From NCBI GenBank assembly GCA_043801855.1, contig JAZDLQ010000017.1, positions 90,625-154,624 of the forward strand: 64,000 nt of DNA, in the 5' to 3' direction. The translations under genes were made by a program, and so were the position numbers. The notes under the pieces are model-generated. The model was not told where the DNA came from and made no database searches. It saw nothing but the letters and a program-made list of their open reading frames with translations. This stretch comes from an archaeon. GTDB taxonomy: Archaea; Nanobdellota; Nanobdellia; Woesearchaeales; GW2011-AR15. This document shows, one piece after another, positions 50,501-59,720 of the stretch. Every line of letters starts with the position of its first letter. Positions within the stretch are counted from its first letter, which is position 1.

Positions 50501-53500
50501 GGAATGATTACAGAATAGTATATTGGAACGGCACAGACAATATTGAAATAGACAGGATTAATGAATCAGCATGGCAATCAACCCAGACAGTAATAAGCTT
50601 TGGGCTTCAAGCACCGATTAATGCTTCATCTTTAAGCTATTCATATTATGCATATTACGGTAATTCGGGGGCAGGAACTCCACCCGCAAATGGATCAAAA
50701 GCCTATCTTTTTTATGATAATTTTGAGTCTTATTCAGTAGGTGGAAGCGCATCACCTAATTGGAATGCATTCGCTGGCACATGGAGTGTCCAAAGCGTTT
50801 CAGGAAACAAGGTATACAGAGGGTATACAACTGCGTATGGTGTGTCATACATAAATAATATACGTTTCACAAATGTTTCGATAACAATGCGCTATTATGT
50901 GTATAACAGTTCTCCATCAACAGGATTTTCCGGGTTATACACCAGAGTTGCAGATATGGCATCAACATGGAATACAGGCTCAACTTCAGGTTATCTGGTT
51001 TTCAAAAGAATGCAGGCAGCAAATGATGTAGAGATTTATCGGAAAGGCGGTGGAATAACAAATACTTTAAGTTCTGGCTATACGGGCTTACAGACATGGA
51101 TTACTTTCAGGCATGATGCTCTTGCAAACAATCTTGTGCAGTACTTAAATGGAGTAAGATATAACAATGTGACAGATGGCACTCCTTATTTATCAGGCTA
51201 TACATCTCTTCATCCTGCAAGAGTCACCGCTGATTATGATGATGTAAAAGTAAGAACTTTAGTTGCTAATGAACCTACTGTTACAATAGGTGCTGAATCA
51301 TACTATGGAATGAATAACACTTGCGCCCATAATTTTACTGTTTATGCAGGTGTTGATAAGGGAAATGCAAAATATCCAGTTAGATGCAGGGCAGTATCGC
51401 AAAACAGCGCAACACAATTATCAGATAGCTTTAATGTGACAATCAACAGGCATCCTTTTTCAATTATTGGGTATCCTGCTGATAACAGCTATGTTGGAAA
51501 AACAATAAACATAAGCGCACAGAATTCCTATGATATTGACGGGAGCATAGTTACCTATCTATATCAGTTGGATGATAATATTGTCTTCTCATCACCGCAA
51601 ACACTTTGCAGCACGCCAGATTCTAACTGCACATTTAATACACTATTGCAAAGCCAATGTAACAATAATACTATTTCATGCTTTCTTAGAGTATCAGTTT
51701 ATGACAATTACCTTTGGTTTGGAAACTCAACAGTAAGGATTGGCTTTGACACTCTTGGCCCTAATGTTACAATGACTGCACCAGCCAATTTTTCAAATTA
51801 TTCAGCTGATTTTATTGTGTCAGCAGAAGCAATCGATGGAGAATCATTGGTTGACAGTGTTTTTTTCGAATACAGGGAAAATGAAACTGAAGCCTGGAAA
51901 CTTATTGGAGTTGATGCAGAATTTCCTTACTCAATGCTTTTTGATATCTCATTACTTGAGGACAAAGACTCTTATGAGTTTCGCGCAGTTGCAAATGACA
52001 CATTTGGTACTCTTGGTAATTATGATATGCGCACAAATATTACAATTGATAGAAATGGTGCTTCAATTATTCTTCTACAGCCTCTAAACCAAAATTATTC
52101 AAAAGAACAGGATATGTCCCTTTATTTTTCAGCAACCGATACGCTTTCACAGATTAAGAATTGCACACTAATTTTTGACAGTTCAGTTAACCAGACATTA
52201 TTTTTTTCATCAAAATCAGTTTTATCTCAGTATTATGTGGATGATATTAGTGAGGGCGCCCACACATGGAAAGTTTCATGCTATGATTCTCTTGGCAATT
52301 ACAATGAATCTTTAGAAAAGGTACTTACAATCGATACAACAGGGCCAATTGCAGTGCTTGATATGCCTCCTGATTTTGAAAACCTTACTGGAACTTATAC
52401 AATAAACGCAACAGCTACCGATGCAGGAATTGGAGTCAATGCAACAGTTTTTGAATACCGCAAGGATTCACTCGACACATGGCATATAATATGCGAAGAT
52501 TATTCTGCTCCCTATGGATGCAACTGGAATACTGCATTGCTTGATGAATCCGATACATACGAGGTTCGTGCTTATGCAAATGATTCTCTTGGAAATATTG
52601 GCAGTTATAGTACTCATGCAAATATGAAAGTAGACAGAAGCGGCCCGGCAATTATCTTAGAGCAGCCATCTGATAACAGCATTGACGGTGATGGAGATGT
52701 CATCTTTATCTTTCAGGCAAACGATTCATTATCAGAACTTGCCAGCTGCTCATTATACATTAATAATATTCTTAACCAGACAATTAGCACAGGGTTATTG
52801 GAAGAATCAACATTACAATTTAGTGTAGAAAACATGACTAATGGGGATTATTTCTGGAATATAACCTGCAGCGATAATTTTGATAATAGCCATAATTCAA
52901 ATTGGTCAACGACTAAAAAAGTTACAATTGACATTAAGTTTATCATGAATGCATCTGTCATAACTGATAAGTCATCTTATGGTATAGGAAATCAGGAATC
53001 TGATTTTGCAAAATTTACTGCAAATATTACTGACTATTATGGGCAATCGCTTGATGCAGGATACAAACTAGATATCTTCAAAGGCAACGGAACAATGCCT
53101 TGGTGGAATTTATCATGGCAAAAAAGAGTCCCAATTTTTATATCTGAAACTCTTGGAAAAAACAGGGTCAATGAGACAATTTTTGTAAATCTCACTGGCC
53201 TTGCAAATAACATTTCGGATTGCGCAAAAGAGATAAGGATAATTGATTCAGATACGTTTGAGGAAGTGCCGATAAATGTTACAGGAGGAAATAACAGGAC
53301 ATATTGTGATGTTATCTTCAAGGGAAGCGTTAGCGCTAATGCTGTTACTGAAAACAGGTATTATGCTTATTATAATTATACTCTAGCTACAGCAAAAACT
53401 TATTCGTTAAGCTATGTCCTATATCCTTATCCTGTACAATATGACAGTTTTGAAGATGGCTCAGGAACTAATTTTGTGCTGTCAAACACCACTTGCGTTA

Positions 53501-55440
53501 TAACTGGGGCAGCTGAATGCGTTGACTCAAGTCCGTGGGATGGATTTGATGAGTGTATTGAGGGAGAAGCAGCGACAGCTTACGGCGTGTGCTCTTCTCA
53601 ATATGGGGCAATTGTCGGCGCAAGAGCATTGCATGCAAGAGGCGGTCTTGACAGGGAAACTGACAACAGAGATGGGCTGTATAGAATGATTAATTCTACA
53701 CCTTGCGGAGGTAAATCATGCGCAATGCTTAACATCAGCTATTATCAAGTTGTGTATTCTATGGATACAGCAACAGAAGGAAGCGCTGTATTTGTAAACG
53801 ATTCAGACGCAACACTAAGGCTACTATCACAATGCATGGATGCAACAGGATGCGAAGCAGGCTCGTTTGCAGCAATGGCAACTTCTGCTCAATATTTTGG
53901 CGCAGATATATGCGCTGTTGCTGGCATTAGCTGCCTTGAAACAATAACAGTTAGGTTCACTTCAAGAAATGTCAGGACACACACAACTAATGATTATTTC
54001 GGGTGGGATGAAATAAATATTACTGGTTATAATGAAATTACTTCAGGAGTTGTTGCAACTAATGGCGACACAGATATTTGGATAAATAGGACTGTATCAA
54101 ATACAAATTCATCAGGCTATGATGATTATATCTTTTGGCTTAATAACCTACAGCTAGGAAATTATACTGCAGCAATTCTTTCTTCAAAAGTGTTGTTCAC
54201 TAATGATACAGGATATAAATATTTTGAAGTGCGTCATGATTTTATAGGCCCAAACGTTACATTGCTATATCCGAGAAATGGAACTGAAATAAACAGCTCA
54301 GTTATTTTTCAATACATGGTTAATGATTCGCTAAGCACAGTTTCTAATTGCTCTTTGTATATAGATGGCAATTATATTGAGACTGATACTTCAATACAGG
54401 AAGATGATACACAGTTTCTCTATCCGATACTTCCTCAGGGAGGCTGGCACAACTGGAGCGTAAGATGCGCTGATTATTATAATAACATAGGCATAAGTGA
54501 AGTGAACTGGATTTTTGTCAGGCCTCCTGATTTTTATGTTCAGCAATCAAGCATCATGTTTAATATCTCAAATCCAATTGAAGGCAAAAACATTACGATA
54601 AATGCAACTATATTTAATCTTGGCGGAAGCTATGGTTATAATGTAACTGTTCAGTTCTGGCATGGAAATCCTAATACTACCGGAGAAAAAATAAATGGAA
54701 ATATCACAATTCCGCTGCTTACAGATGTCAATGGAAACCAATCAAATATTACTGTGAATATGACTTACATATTAAGGTCAGGTGGCTCTCATGACTTTTA
54801 TGTTTTTGCAGACCCAAATGTAAGCATCGGCGGAAATGTTTTAGAGTCAAATGAGACAAATAATTTTGCGTATGCAACCATGTTTGTCAGCGGCTGGCAC
54901 ACATATTTTGGGAATTTTTCTTCACTTGTTGTTCTGGATACATCTGACAATAAAACACAGATTTCATGGAATGCAACACAGTCTGCAAACATTTTTGTAA
55001 CCGAAACAGGATCAAGCATTGAATGGCAGGCTCTTCAGGCTTTGGGGCGGGACATTTCTAATATGGTATCATTTAATGATTTTTATGACCTTGATATTGT
55101 GCTTAATATGACTCTCTTTAATGACTCGATAAATAAGAGTTTCACAATAAATCAGGCACCAAAAAAACTGGAATCTTATTATGTTTATAATACTTATATA
55201 CCAAATGTTCCGGTAATTAATTCTTCTAATACAACTACCTTTCAGACGGGTATTCTATGGGATACTAGCGATGGAAATTTTGATTATAATGGAACCCAGG
55301 ATGTTGTTTTTACGACAAATACGTCATCAGCAAAAGAGGGAAAATACGGCATATATGATTATGAGATTGCGGTGCCTGCGTCGCTTAAAAACTACAGGTA
55401 TGGGGCAGGAAGAGTCACATTTTATATTGAGATAGTATAA
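44518..55440 (+). CDS. Giant (3640 aa) secreted multidomain adhesin-like protein
   Basis: Signal peptide; Ig-like repeats (W.V.C.D..GN), Cys-rich block, two DUF2341-like segments (WWN...R.PI.I), CARDB-like domain, C-terminal domain shared with 58736 and 59721. Confidence 0.8.
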   Translation: MNQKNYLIFYLLFLFISISFAHANNSFFQTDKESYFVGEIVHINITGISDNYELTIHEAGNVYKFLGGIGSVVSFIPKQIGIYTVVLTKADTVLQETNFVVVGKPAKENKTGQIISNYVELLPAPVSFNLSSDKKEYLLGEPVFIDIDGEISDASLLIKSDKNSYSYVGRLISPIKFIPKDAGNYSVVLLDKNSISLMQISFIVTDTLSALPSDELNITPIKENISDNALQDNFSFKNFIDISDIPSQMAENDLLYNMTDAEQFQEDKYIYNKSVFVELSQKNFNVKDRNGNIISTTINFESRFLNRSFGFTDRINPGKYSVEMNLDNSLGAKRINLEGLNFTGNFSIILSDAKVKSINGKKALDSIIIDGKNEAFESGYTTVAAKGSQVLQCTNIDEASGSCIGDWEKVRDIWPGMEYKLPVTNAPVIYAEIGVAAINSIKPIYKVNETAELLIAVLDIDGYPANADITLTITNPAGAAQSFTNGFINEKKGVYSFTYSDTFEEGEYQIEVFATGQNVRSNLSSTFTIKNDYPFDIFRETQISIDPFSGPTSSKIKIVSNSYEDFFTLIEYVPNEFAITNNGGAIITNDSDKTILTWHNLMNNSAVEYSYQAPLTTPYLYYLGQARINYGNSFFIEARPWYVAADPQSKYGYFVYKDTTNAGYVKYRVWNSSDNTVGAEVSGANIVGVPVWQKFVCLENRPECLLLSKFSNTSLYFSIFYEKNLSWSDPIFLSNTDDDYIQFDIGCEGLSGDCLIAYETSTAGNNQFDYRIYNGTSGVLSGAATITVTAATANAFRFINMYPKYNSNNIAIVLQNQLGTGGEYEAAIWNGTAFDKWQELYNDNPDITRSTSSCAWEGASGQLICFYGRDAADGMWAWQFDSSSWSDLGEVWTALDLGAEAFQIDTCAETPQTGDLSHDYIVVISADGDSDRDGTYWNGTALRYDIAPAQDGSTNRGFDSTAACSWEHDGNLAVVVWVDSGAIIPEWGTFDYASGTFSHANWATGSTIGMSNFVRSVFSIKLSLSSVSDQMLLIGSSTTGGAATPSIVNASRWSGSSFDGTGIVTLDTTGATDTTGNREYFGYTAVDWSRFIDLNTPNITLINPGNDSVSKNISYNFTWNATDDWEPRLICNITIDDRVNTTDIISINGNYSNFSINDLQPGEHNWSVKCTDDFGFGLSEMFNFVVAGLPDIYINSVGGDTTETFSFSDQTPIINAHIHLNSTCYLSTVDESYADMVSNGRVNCGFYERNVAKDCEYTESLTIGNGNLYMACNSTYGDEHTSSNNKNIAIDVLCDSHADCSLTNQYCDYNFDCTSDILPGFKCANLSFNNNPDDEVCATGAGASAKCVSDASFSFTDWYCTSDSDDCVYNNGGNSYDLNYRLCIPATNNFRQCSANNLWGNINYCFNQYDPANQSATASTHVGYNCSYYADSQTCSSGDFDLGSYGCSGEPTDCGSYVYVSAGSCGSALADCDFGCEADCDIDNSTMPAIVDDVCYYNKACSDVCTWLQNDEIAPLFCINDYDGGECANFDRQRPTYNETCYWSPTCHNSFGANMTQEGILREDYCDFCNATGNQIGDYSPLPNSSCLSFCPDSGIIYYDSEGTPAERRDDCANGTTKIFTDTLSIGDIWDGSNPAICNNAECEIDCGEYLNGTCNVGVCSCYDTEPPFIEISYPQNNTWLNTNVVIFVYNVTDLGTNVSNCSLVINGTVRNVSTVIFEGDYINFSREFSNESLRWHINCSDNSSNTAISEERNNGVDTTKPIVINASTQGSVFDVNEQICLNVTANDTFSGIDVIYANIYRPGQGEANFTLYDNAATSCDPVIGDGIYSLEYNLQYAGRYNWTYAFAIDNAGNENYLAVSYSWLTNAGGNMTVNMTRPTQNIVVNESLNDINQSYIQSCNVTCLSGEENCRIVNLSVQYEKDSSWIDISRTTEDFFVDENKFSCGNLTSVNASWWNSGYSYRKPIIISTRDYIPKNYTISITEDTTAISVLGSGNDYRIVYWNGTDNIEIDRINESAWQSTQTVISFGLQAPINASSLSYSYYAYYGNSGAGTPPANGSKAYLFYDNFESYSVGGSASPNWNAFAGTWSVQSVSGNKVYRGYTTAYGVSYINNIRFTNVSITMRYYVYNSSPSTGFSGLYTRVADMASTWNTGSTSGYLVFKRMQAANDVEIYRKGGGITNTLSSGYTGLQTWITFRHDALANNLVQYLNGVRYNNVTDGTPYLSGYTSLHPARVTADYDDVKVRTLVANEPTVTIGAESYYGMNNTCAHNFTVYAGVDKGNAKYPVRCRAVSQNSATQLSDSFNVTINRHPFSIIGYPADNSYVGKTINISAQNSYDIDGSIVTYLYQLDDNIVFSSPQTLCSTPDSNCTFNTLLQSQCNNNTISCFLRVSVYDNYLWFGNSTVRIGFDTLGPNVTMTAPANFSNYSADFIVSAEAIDGESLVDSVFFEYRENETEAWKLIGVDAEFPYSMLFDISLLEDKDSYEFRAVANDTFGTLGNYDMRTNITIDRNGASIILLQPLNQNYSKEQDMSLYFSATDTLSQIKNCTLIFDSSVNQTLFFSSKSVLSQYYVDDISEGAHTWKVSCYDSLGNYNESLEKVLTIDTTGPIAVLDMPPDFENLTGTYTINATATDAGIGVNATVFEYRKDSLDTWHIICEDYSAPYGCNWNTALLDESDTYEVRAYANDSLGNIGSYSTHANMKVDRSGPAIILEQPSDNSIDGDGDVIFIFQANDSLSELASCSLYINNILNQTISTGLLEESTLQFSVENMTNGDYFWNITCSDNFDNSHNSNWSTTKKVTIDIKFIMNASVITDKSSYGIGNQESDFAKFTANITDYYGQSLDAGYKLDIFKGNGTMPWWNLSWQKRVPIFISETLGKNRVNETIFVNLTGLANNISDCAKEIRIIDSDTFEEVPINVTGGNNRTYCDVIFKGSVSANAVTENRYYAYYNYTLATAKTYSLSYVLYPYPVQYDSFEDGSGTNFVLSNTTCVITGAAECVDSSPWDGFDECIEGEAATAYGVCSSQYGAIVGARALHARGGLDRETDNRDGLYRMINSTPCGGKSCAMLNISYYQVVYSMDTATEGSAVFVNDSDATLRLLSQCMDATGCEAGSFAAMATSAQYFGADICAVAGISCLETITVRFTSRNVRTHTTNDYFGWDEINITGYNEITSGVVATNGDTDIWINRTVSNTNSSGYDDYIFWLNNLQLGNYTAAILSSKVLFTNDTGYKYFEVRHDFIGPNVTLLYPRNGTEINSSVIFQYMVNDSLSTVSNCSLYIDGNYIETDTSIQEDDTQFLYPILPQGGWHNWSVRCADYYNNIGISEVNWIFVRPPDFYVQQSSIMFNISNPIEGKNITINATIFNLGGSYGYNVTVQFWHGNPNTTGEKINGNITIPLLTDVNGNQSNITVNMTYILRSGGSHDFYVFADPNVSIGGNVLESNETNNFAYATMFVSGWHTYFGNFSSLVVLDTSDNKTQISWNATQSANIFVTETGSSIEWQALQALGRDISNMVSFNDFYDLDIVLNMTLFNDSINKSFTINQAPKKLESYYVYNTYIPNVPVINSSNTTTFQTGILWDTSDGNFDYNGTQDVVFTTNTSSAKEGKYGIYDYEIAVPASLKNYRYGAGRVTFYIEIV

Positions 55441-55543
55441 GAAATTAATAAGAAAATAGTTGCTTATTTTTTTATTTGCTAAGTTTGTACTATTTTCTTT
55501 TACACGGAACGATATCTTACATCCTGACTTCGCAGTGGCGAAG

Positions 55544-56300
55544 TCAGGTTTTAGCTATTCTTTCTCTTACAACCAACACCAGCAGAATCAGAATTATTAT
55601 TGCAGCGGCGATAATTACGTAATAAAAATTATGATCAAATATATAGCTGAAAAGACTGATATTTTCGAATATTCTTTTTTTTGACACTATTGTTTTATAT
55701 TTTGTTATTTGCTTTTGCTCTGTTAAGTTGGAATATATTTTTTTTTCAATGCATTGTTCGTACTCAGGCGCAGAGATTGTGGCAAGAGCCCAATAAGTTG
55801 CGCTTCTATTTTTCTTGTCAGTCTGGGCAGATATTATTTTTGATTCTCCTGGGCCAAACACTTCTCCAATAAATTTAGATTCCATATCAGCCATTTCCCT
55901 TGACAATTCATCTTTAAAATCATCGTACTCCCTGCCGTAATATCTCTCGTGTGGGTGTGTTTCATTATTGAAAAAATAGAACTTGAAGTTAAATACGCCA
56001 TACCTGTTTTCCTGGTTCTGTATATATATTCTTGGCGTTGAATACCTTCCATCATTTGAAATTGCCCTCCATTCACGAAAATAATCAAATGTCTTATTCT
56101 GGCAGATGACAACATCTTTCTCAAAAGTTGTTGTTACGTTCTCAATGCTTGTATAAGGGATTTCTTCAACAACAGTTTTATCAGTTGGCAATTTTAAGTA
56201 TATATTTTGCAGCAGAAATATAAAAAAAATTATAAATATAGCGAATAGAAGCAGGACAAGGGCCCGTGTTTTTTTTTTTTTGCTCTTTGTATTTTTTCAT
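55544..56300 (-). pseudogene. Two-TM membrane protein frameshifted in an A13 tract
   Basis: ATG 56300 frame stops early; with A12 it reads MKKYKEQKKKTRALVLLLFAIFIIFFIFLLQNIYLKL into the 215-aa ORF. Confidence 0.75.
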
Positions 56301-56370
56301 TTAACGCTAATAACTAATATAAATAGGCTAAAAGAGCAGCAGAGATATTATATTTATTATTATTTTTTCT

Positions 56371-56934
56371 CTACCACTTAACCCCATAATTCATTATAGG
56401 GACATTATTAAGGTAAGTGTTTTGCGTTTTTGCACCGTTAAGTATCTTTAAGAAATTCTCGTAATCGTTTACTCCTACAAAATAGATCTGGTCTTTTGTG
56501 GTTTCTAATATCAGCATGTTTGAATATAATGCTGATGCAAAAAATAAAGTGTAGGATAGGTCTTTTTTAATCCTTTTCCACCTCATGTAGCTTTTTGGGT
56601 TCCATGAGCTAAGGATATTTATCCTTTTTATGTTATGCCAGCCAAACATCTCATAATGCTTGCCTGTTTCAGGAGCCCACTTAATGACTATCCCGTTCTG
56701 GTTAAAGTAAAGCCATCTGTTTCTCTCATTAAGGAGCTGCATTAACAAAAATAAAAAAAGGGTTAAGTTAATAGTGTAAAATCCTGTGATATAATATTTT
56801 ACCACGTTGAATCTCCAAAAAGCCAGCGGTATGAGGGGCGTTAAAACCAAGAGAAACATAGTTGAAGTTATTATAAACGTATTAATAAAAGAAAGGCCGC
56901 AATCTTTCCAAAGGACTTTTTGGCTCTCCATCAT
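56371..56934 (-). CDS. Membrane protein, two TMs plus PH-like beta domain
   Basis: Two hydrophobic helices, then LYFNQNGIVI..W.NIKRI. Confidence 0.55.
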   Translation of the reverse strand: MMESQKVLWKDCGLSFINTFIITSTMFLLVLTPLIPLAFWRFNVVKYYITGFYTINLTLFLFLLMQLLNERNRWLYFNQNGIVIKWAPETGKHYEMFGWHNIKRINILSSWNPKSYMRWKRIKKDLSYTLFFASALYSNMLILETTKDQIYFVGVNDYENFLKILNGAKTQNTYLNNVPIMNYGVKW

Positions 56935-57041
56935 TAATTTTATAGGGCTTCTCTTTATATAATTTACTCTCTATTACACAGCAAAAGGCAATTACAAAAA
57001 TATTTAAATACTTCCTTTTTATAGTTCATATTGAGGGGACA

Positions 57042-58166
57042 ATGGGACTGTTAAAAAATGTATACCTGGATTTTGGCTTTTTAAATCCTCTTAATCTTGT
57101 AAAAAAAAAGAAGAAGAGTACTGTTGAAAATGAGAATGTTGTACCAGTAGGCTTGTATTCAAGCAGCATTTCTCCTGGCAATAGTTATCTTAATAACTCA
57201 ATTTCTGAAGCTTCAGGAGAGGCAATAGGCGGCTCGGGCAGCATAGGATACAATTTGCCAAATATTCCAAAAAAGCTTGTTGAGAAAAGTGAGTCAATTT
57301 CTCCTCCTGCAAAGATTCCAAGAGAGCTTCCTAAGCTTTCTTACGGCAATACTAAAAAAAGCATAATTATTGAAAAAAATATTGCTAAGCCTGATTCTTT
57401 ATCTTCAATAAGCTCTACAGAGATACCTGGCGCTCCTATTGCGGATGCAAATTTTTCTATTAGCGAAACAAGCAAGCAAAGCTCAATAACACAGGAAACG
57501 CAGGGCATAATTGAAAAACAGCCTGAAAAAAAATTTAACATACAGCCGTCCGTCGCAACTGACAGTTTTTCTGCGGATATGCACAGCGACTCAACATTTT
57601 TTAACTCGCTTTTATCATCGATGGAAAAAGAAAAAGCAATACTTTACAGCAGCGGGTCGAAAGATATTTTGATGAAAGATGTTTTTTCTGAAGTAAAGGC
57701 ATTTTGGGGCAATAAGCATTATTCATACAAGCAGGAAATTGCAGCCAAAATTGCAGAAGATGAGCTTTCTTCAAGGATAAGAGAGCTGCACGATCTTGAG
57801 CTTGATTGGCAAAAAAGCCAGCTTATGCACGAGCGGCTTAAGGATGATGTTCATAAAAAGGAAATTGCAATAAATGCAAAAATCGCCCAGCTTAAATGCC
57901 TTTTTTTCAAGTATCACAGTGAGACGAATGTGGCTCCGCAGTTCTTCTTTATTTTAAGCAATGGCAGTAAAATTAGAAATCTTCTCGAGTTAAAAAATAT
58001 GCTTCATCATCTGCCTGATGATATATTTAGATATCATGTCAATAACAAAAAAAACGACTTCTCGTCTTGGATTAACGATGTGATTGGCCTTGATGAGCTT
58101 GCGTCTGAGCTTCGATATGCACGTGAAAAAGAAACCTTTATAAAAATTATTGACTCTTATTTTTAA
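57042..58166 (+). CDS. Coiled-coil protein with C-terminal DUF5752-like domain
   Basis: FILSNG..IRNLLEL...FRYHVNNKKNDFSSWINDV; GAGGGG RBS. Confidence 0.7.
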   Translation: MGLLKNVYLDFGFLNPLNLVKKKKKSTVENENVVPVGLYSSSISPGNSYLNNSISEASGEAIGGSGSIGYNLPNIPKKLVEKSESISPPAKIPRELPKLSYGNTKKSIIIEKNIAKPDSLSSISSTEIPGAPIADANFSISETSKQSSITQETQGIIEKQPEKKFNIQPSVATDSFSADMHSDSTFFNSLLSSMEKEKAILYSSGSKDILMKDVFSEVKAFWGNKHYSYKQEIAAKIAEDELSSRIRELHDLELDWQKSQLMHERLKDDVHKKEIAINAKIAQLKCLFFKYHSETNVAPQFFFILSNGSKIRNLLELKNMLHHLPDDIFRYHVNNKKNDFSSWINDVIGLDELASELRYAREKETFIKIIDSYF

Positions 58167-58345
58167 CATACATGAAATCTTTACAATTTTATTTATAAAT
58201 ATATTTTTTTTGTATTATAATTCGGTTATTTTTATGTTATTTTTTTAAAATTAATCTAAATTATTCTTATTTTAATTTAATACATCTTTTTTATTCTTAT
58301 TTTCTTATTTTAGGTTTAAATAATATCTTTATTTTTTCAATCTAA

Positions 58346-58442
58346 TCGATACATTTATATATAACTTAGTATACATATATGTATACCAAGATACAATATA
58401 TAAAATATTGTATATTAAAATACAAAAAAAGATATTTTGTAT
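58346..58442 (+). promoter_or_regulatory. TATA promoter followed by three ATACA...TGTAT palindromes
   Basis: tttatatata near 58354; perfect 18-bp palindrome 58369-58386; ATACA-N13-TGTAT at 58391 and 58420. Confidence 0.6.
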
Positions 58443-58536
58443 ATTAACATACGAAACAAGCAAGTAAGTTAGGGAAAAGTGAATTAATTTCCAAATAAAT
58501 AAGCAAATTACGCAAGTGCGCGAGGTAGATGAAAGA

Positions 58537-58743
58537 ATGTCAAGCTCTGCTGACTGGGTAAAGCTGGTTTTCAATGAAACACCAGCAAAAGCAATTGTAA
58601 AGCAGGGATTCCTCTTTGATGAGGGTGATTTCTATCGTGTTGTCGGAGATTCTTCTGAAACACTTGTTCGCAAAATGACTGTCATTAGCATTACTAAAAA
58701 AAAAGCAAATAATGATACTATAAGAGGTGAAAAAAATGAATAA
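58537..58743 (+). CDS. Small beta-rich protein, possibly Sm/LSm-like fold
   Basis: WVKLVF..QGFLFDEGDFYRVV..TLVRKMTVISI; GAGGT upstream. Confidence 0.45.
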   Translation: MSSSADWVKLVFNETPAKAIVKQGFLFDEGDFYRVVGDSSETLVRKMTVISITKKKANNDTIRGEKNE

Positions 58744-59515
58744 GATGTACAAAACACTATTTTTAGCACTTATTTGTGCTATTGCTGCATTAAATGTTGT
58801 TTATGCAGCAGACGATGATATTCCAACACCATTGGAATCACTGATAGTAACAGAAAATGAAAGAATGAACATGACGCAATTTACTGCGGCAACTGAAACT
58901 GCAGAAGCTGGAAACGTGACACGCCTATCGCTTTATTCGCGATCACAGACCAAGCACTGGCAGGGCTATTATGGCGAGATAACAGGTACAATCACACTTG
59001 ATGATGCTCAGAACTGGACAATGTATGATTGGAACAACCAGGAACCAAAAGGCGAGATATATGCAACTTGCAACACATCTGGAATAACTCCTGACTGGGC
59101 AACAGTTGAATGCTTTGATTTTGAAACAAACCTTCGCCAATGGGAAATATTTTACAATATGACAACAGATGGTAGAGATAATATAAATAACACTTTTAAT
59201 ATGACTGACCACCCAAGCTTTGGTGTCGGAAGATATACTATTGCTGAAGATGCATGCCAATCAACATTTACTTATGTGAATGATTCATGGCAGGAGCAGG
59301 AATTCAGGGAAGTTTTGCTTCAGGCAGATGGAAACGAGCTTATCTATATGACAATAATCGAGCAGAATGACTGGAACAACGATACAGATCCAAATGGATT
59401 TGATAACGCTGCGCATGATTTCCAGCTGATTGTTGCTGAAGACGGCTCAAGCTATGATGAAGGTGAAGTCAACCAGAATCCTACTGTATATTATTTTTAT
59501 GTGGATCTGGAATAA
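58736..59515 (+). CDS. Secreted beta-rich subunit A (putative filament subunit)
   Basis: Signal peptide; WQGYYGEITG..L.D....MYDW; C-terminal YYFYVDLE. Confidence 0.65.
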   Translation: MNKMYKTLFLALICAIAALNVVYAADDDIPTPLESLIVTENERMNMTQFTAATETAEAGNVTRLSLYSRSQTKHWQGYYGEITGTITLDDAQNWTMYDWNNQEPKGEIYATCNTSGITPDWATVECFDFETNLRQWEIFYNMTTDGRDNINNTFNMTDHPSFGVGRYTIAEDACQSTFTYVNDSWQEQEFREVLLQADGNELIYMTIIEQNDWNNDTDPNGFDNAAHDFQLIVAEDGSSYDEGEVNQNPTVYYFYVDLE

Positions 59516-59532
59516 ACAAGCTTTATTCATTG

Positions 59533-59570
59533 CCGAAGAAATATCTTCGGTTTTCACCTCTTTTATTTTC
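59533..59570 (+). terminator. Hairpin plus T-rich tract after subunit A
   Basis: ccgaaga-aata-tcttcgg followed by tttt and ttttatttt. Confidence 0.6.
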
Positions 59571-59720
59571 CTAAAAAAGGAAAAAACAGTATAAAAAAAT
59601 AACAAAAAAACCAAAGACAATCATAATCCTAAAAACAAATAATCCTGATAATCACAATTAGCGTTACAAACAATAACATAATCCAAAAACAATTCAAACA
59701 AAACATTTGAGAAAAAACAA

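Noticed and set aside
58167-58345. Replication origin in the AT-rich gap
   Set aside because: No ORB-like G-string motifs and no adjacent orc1/cdc6
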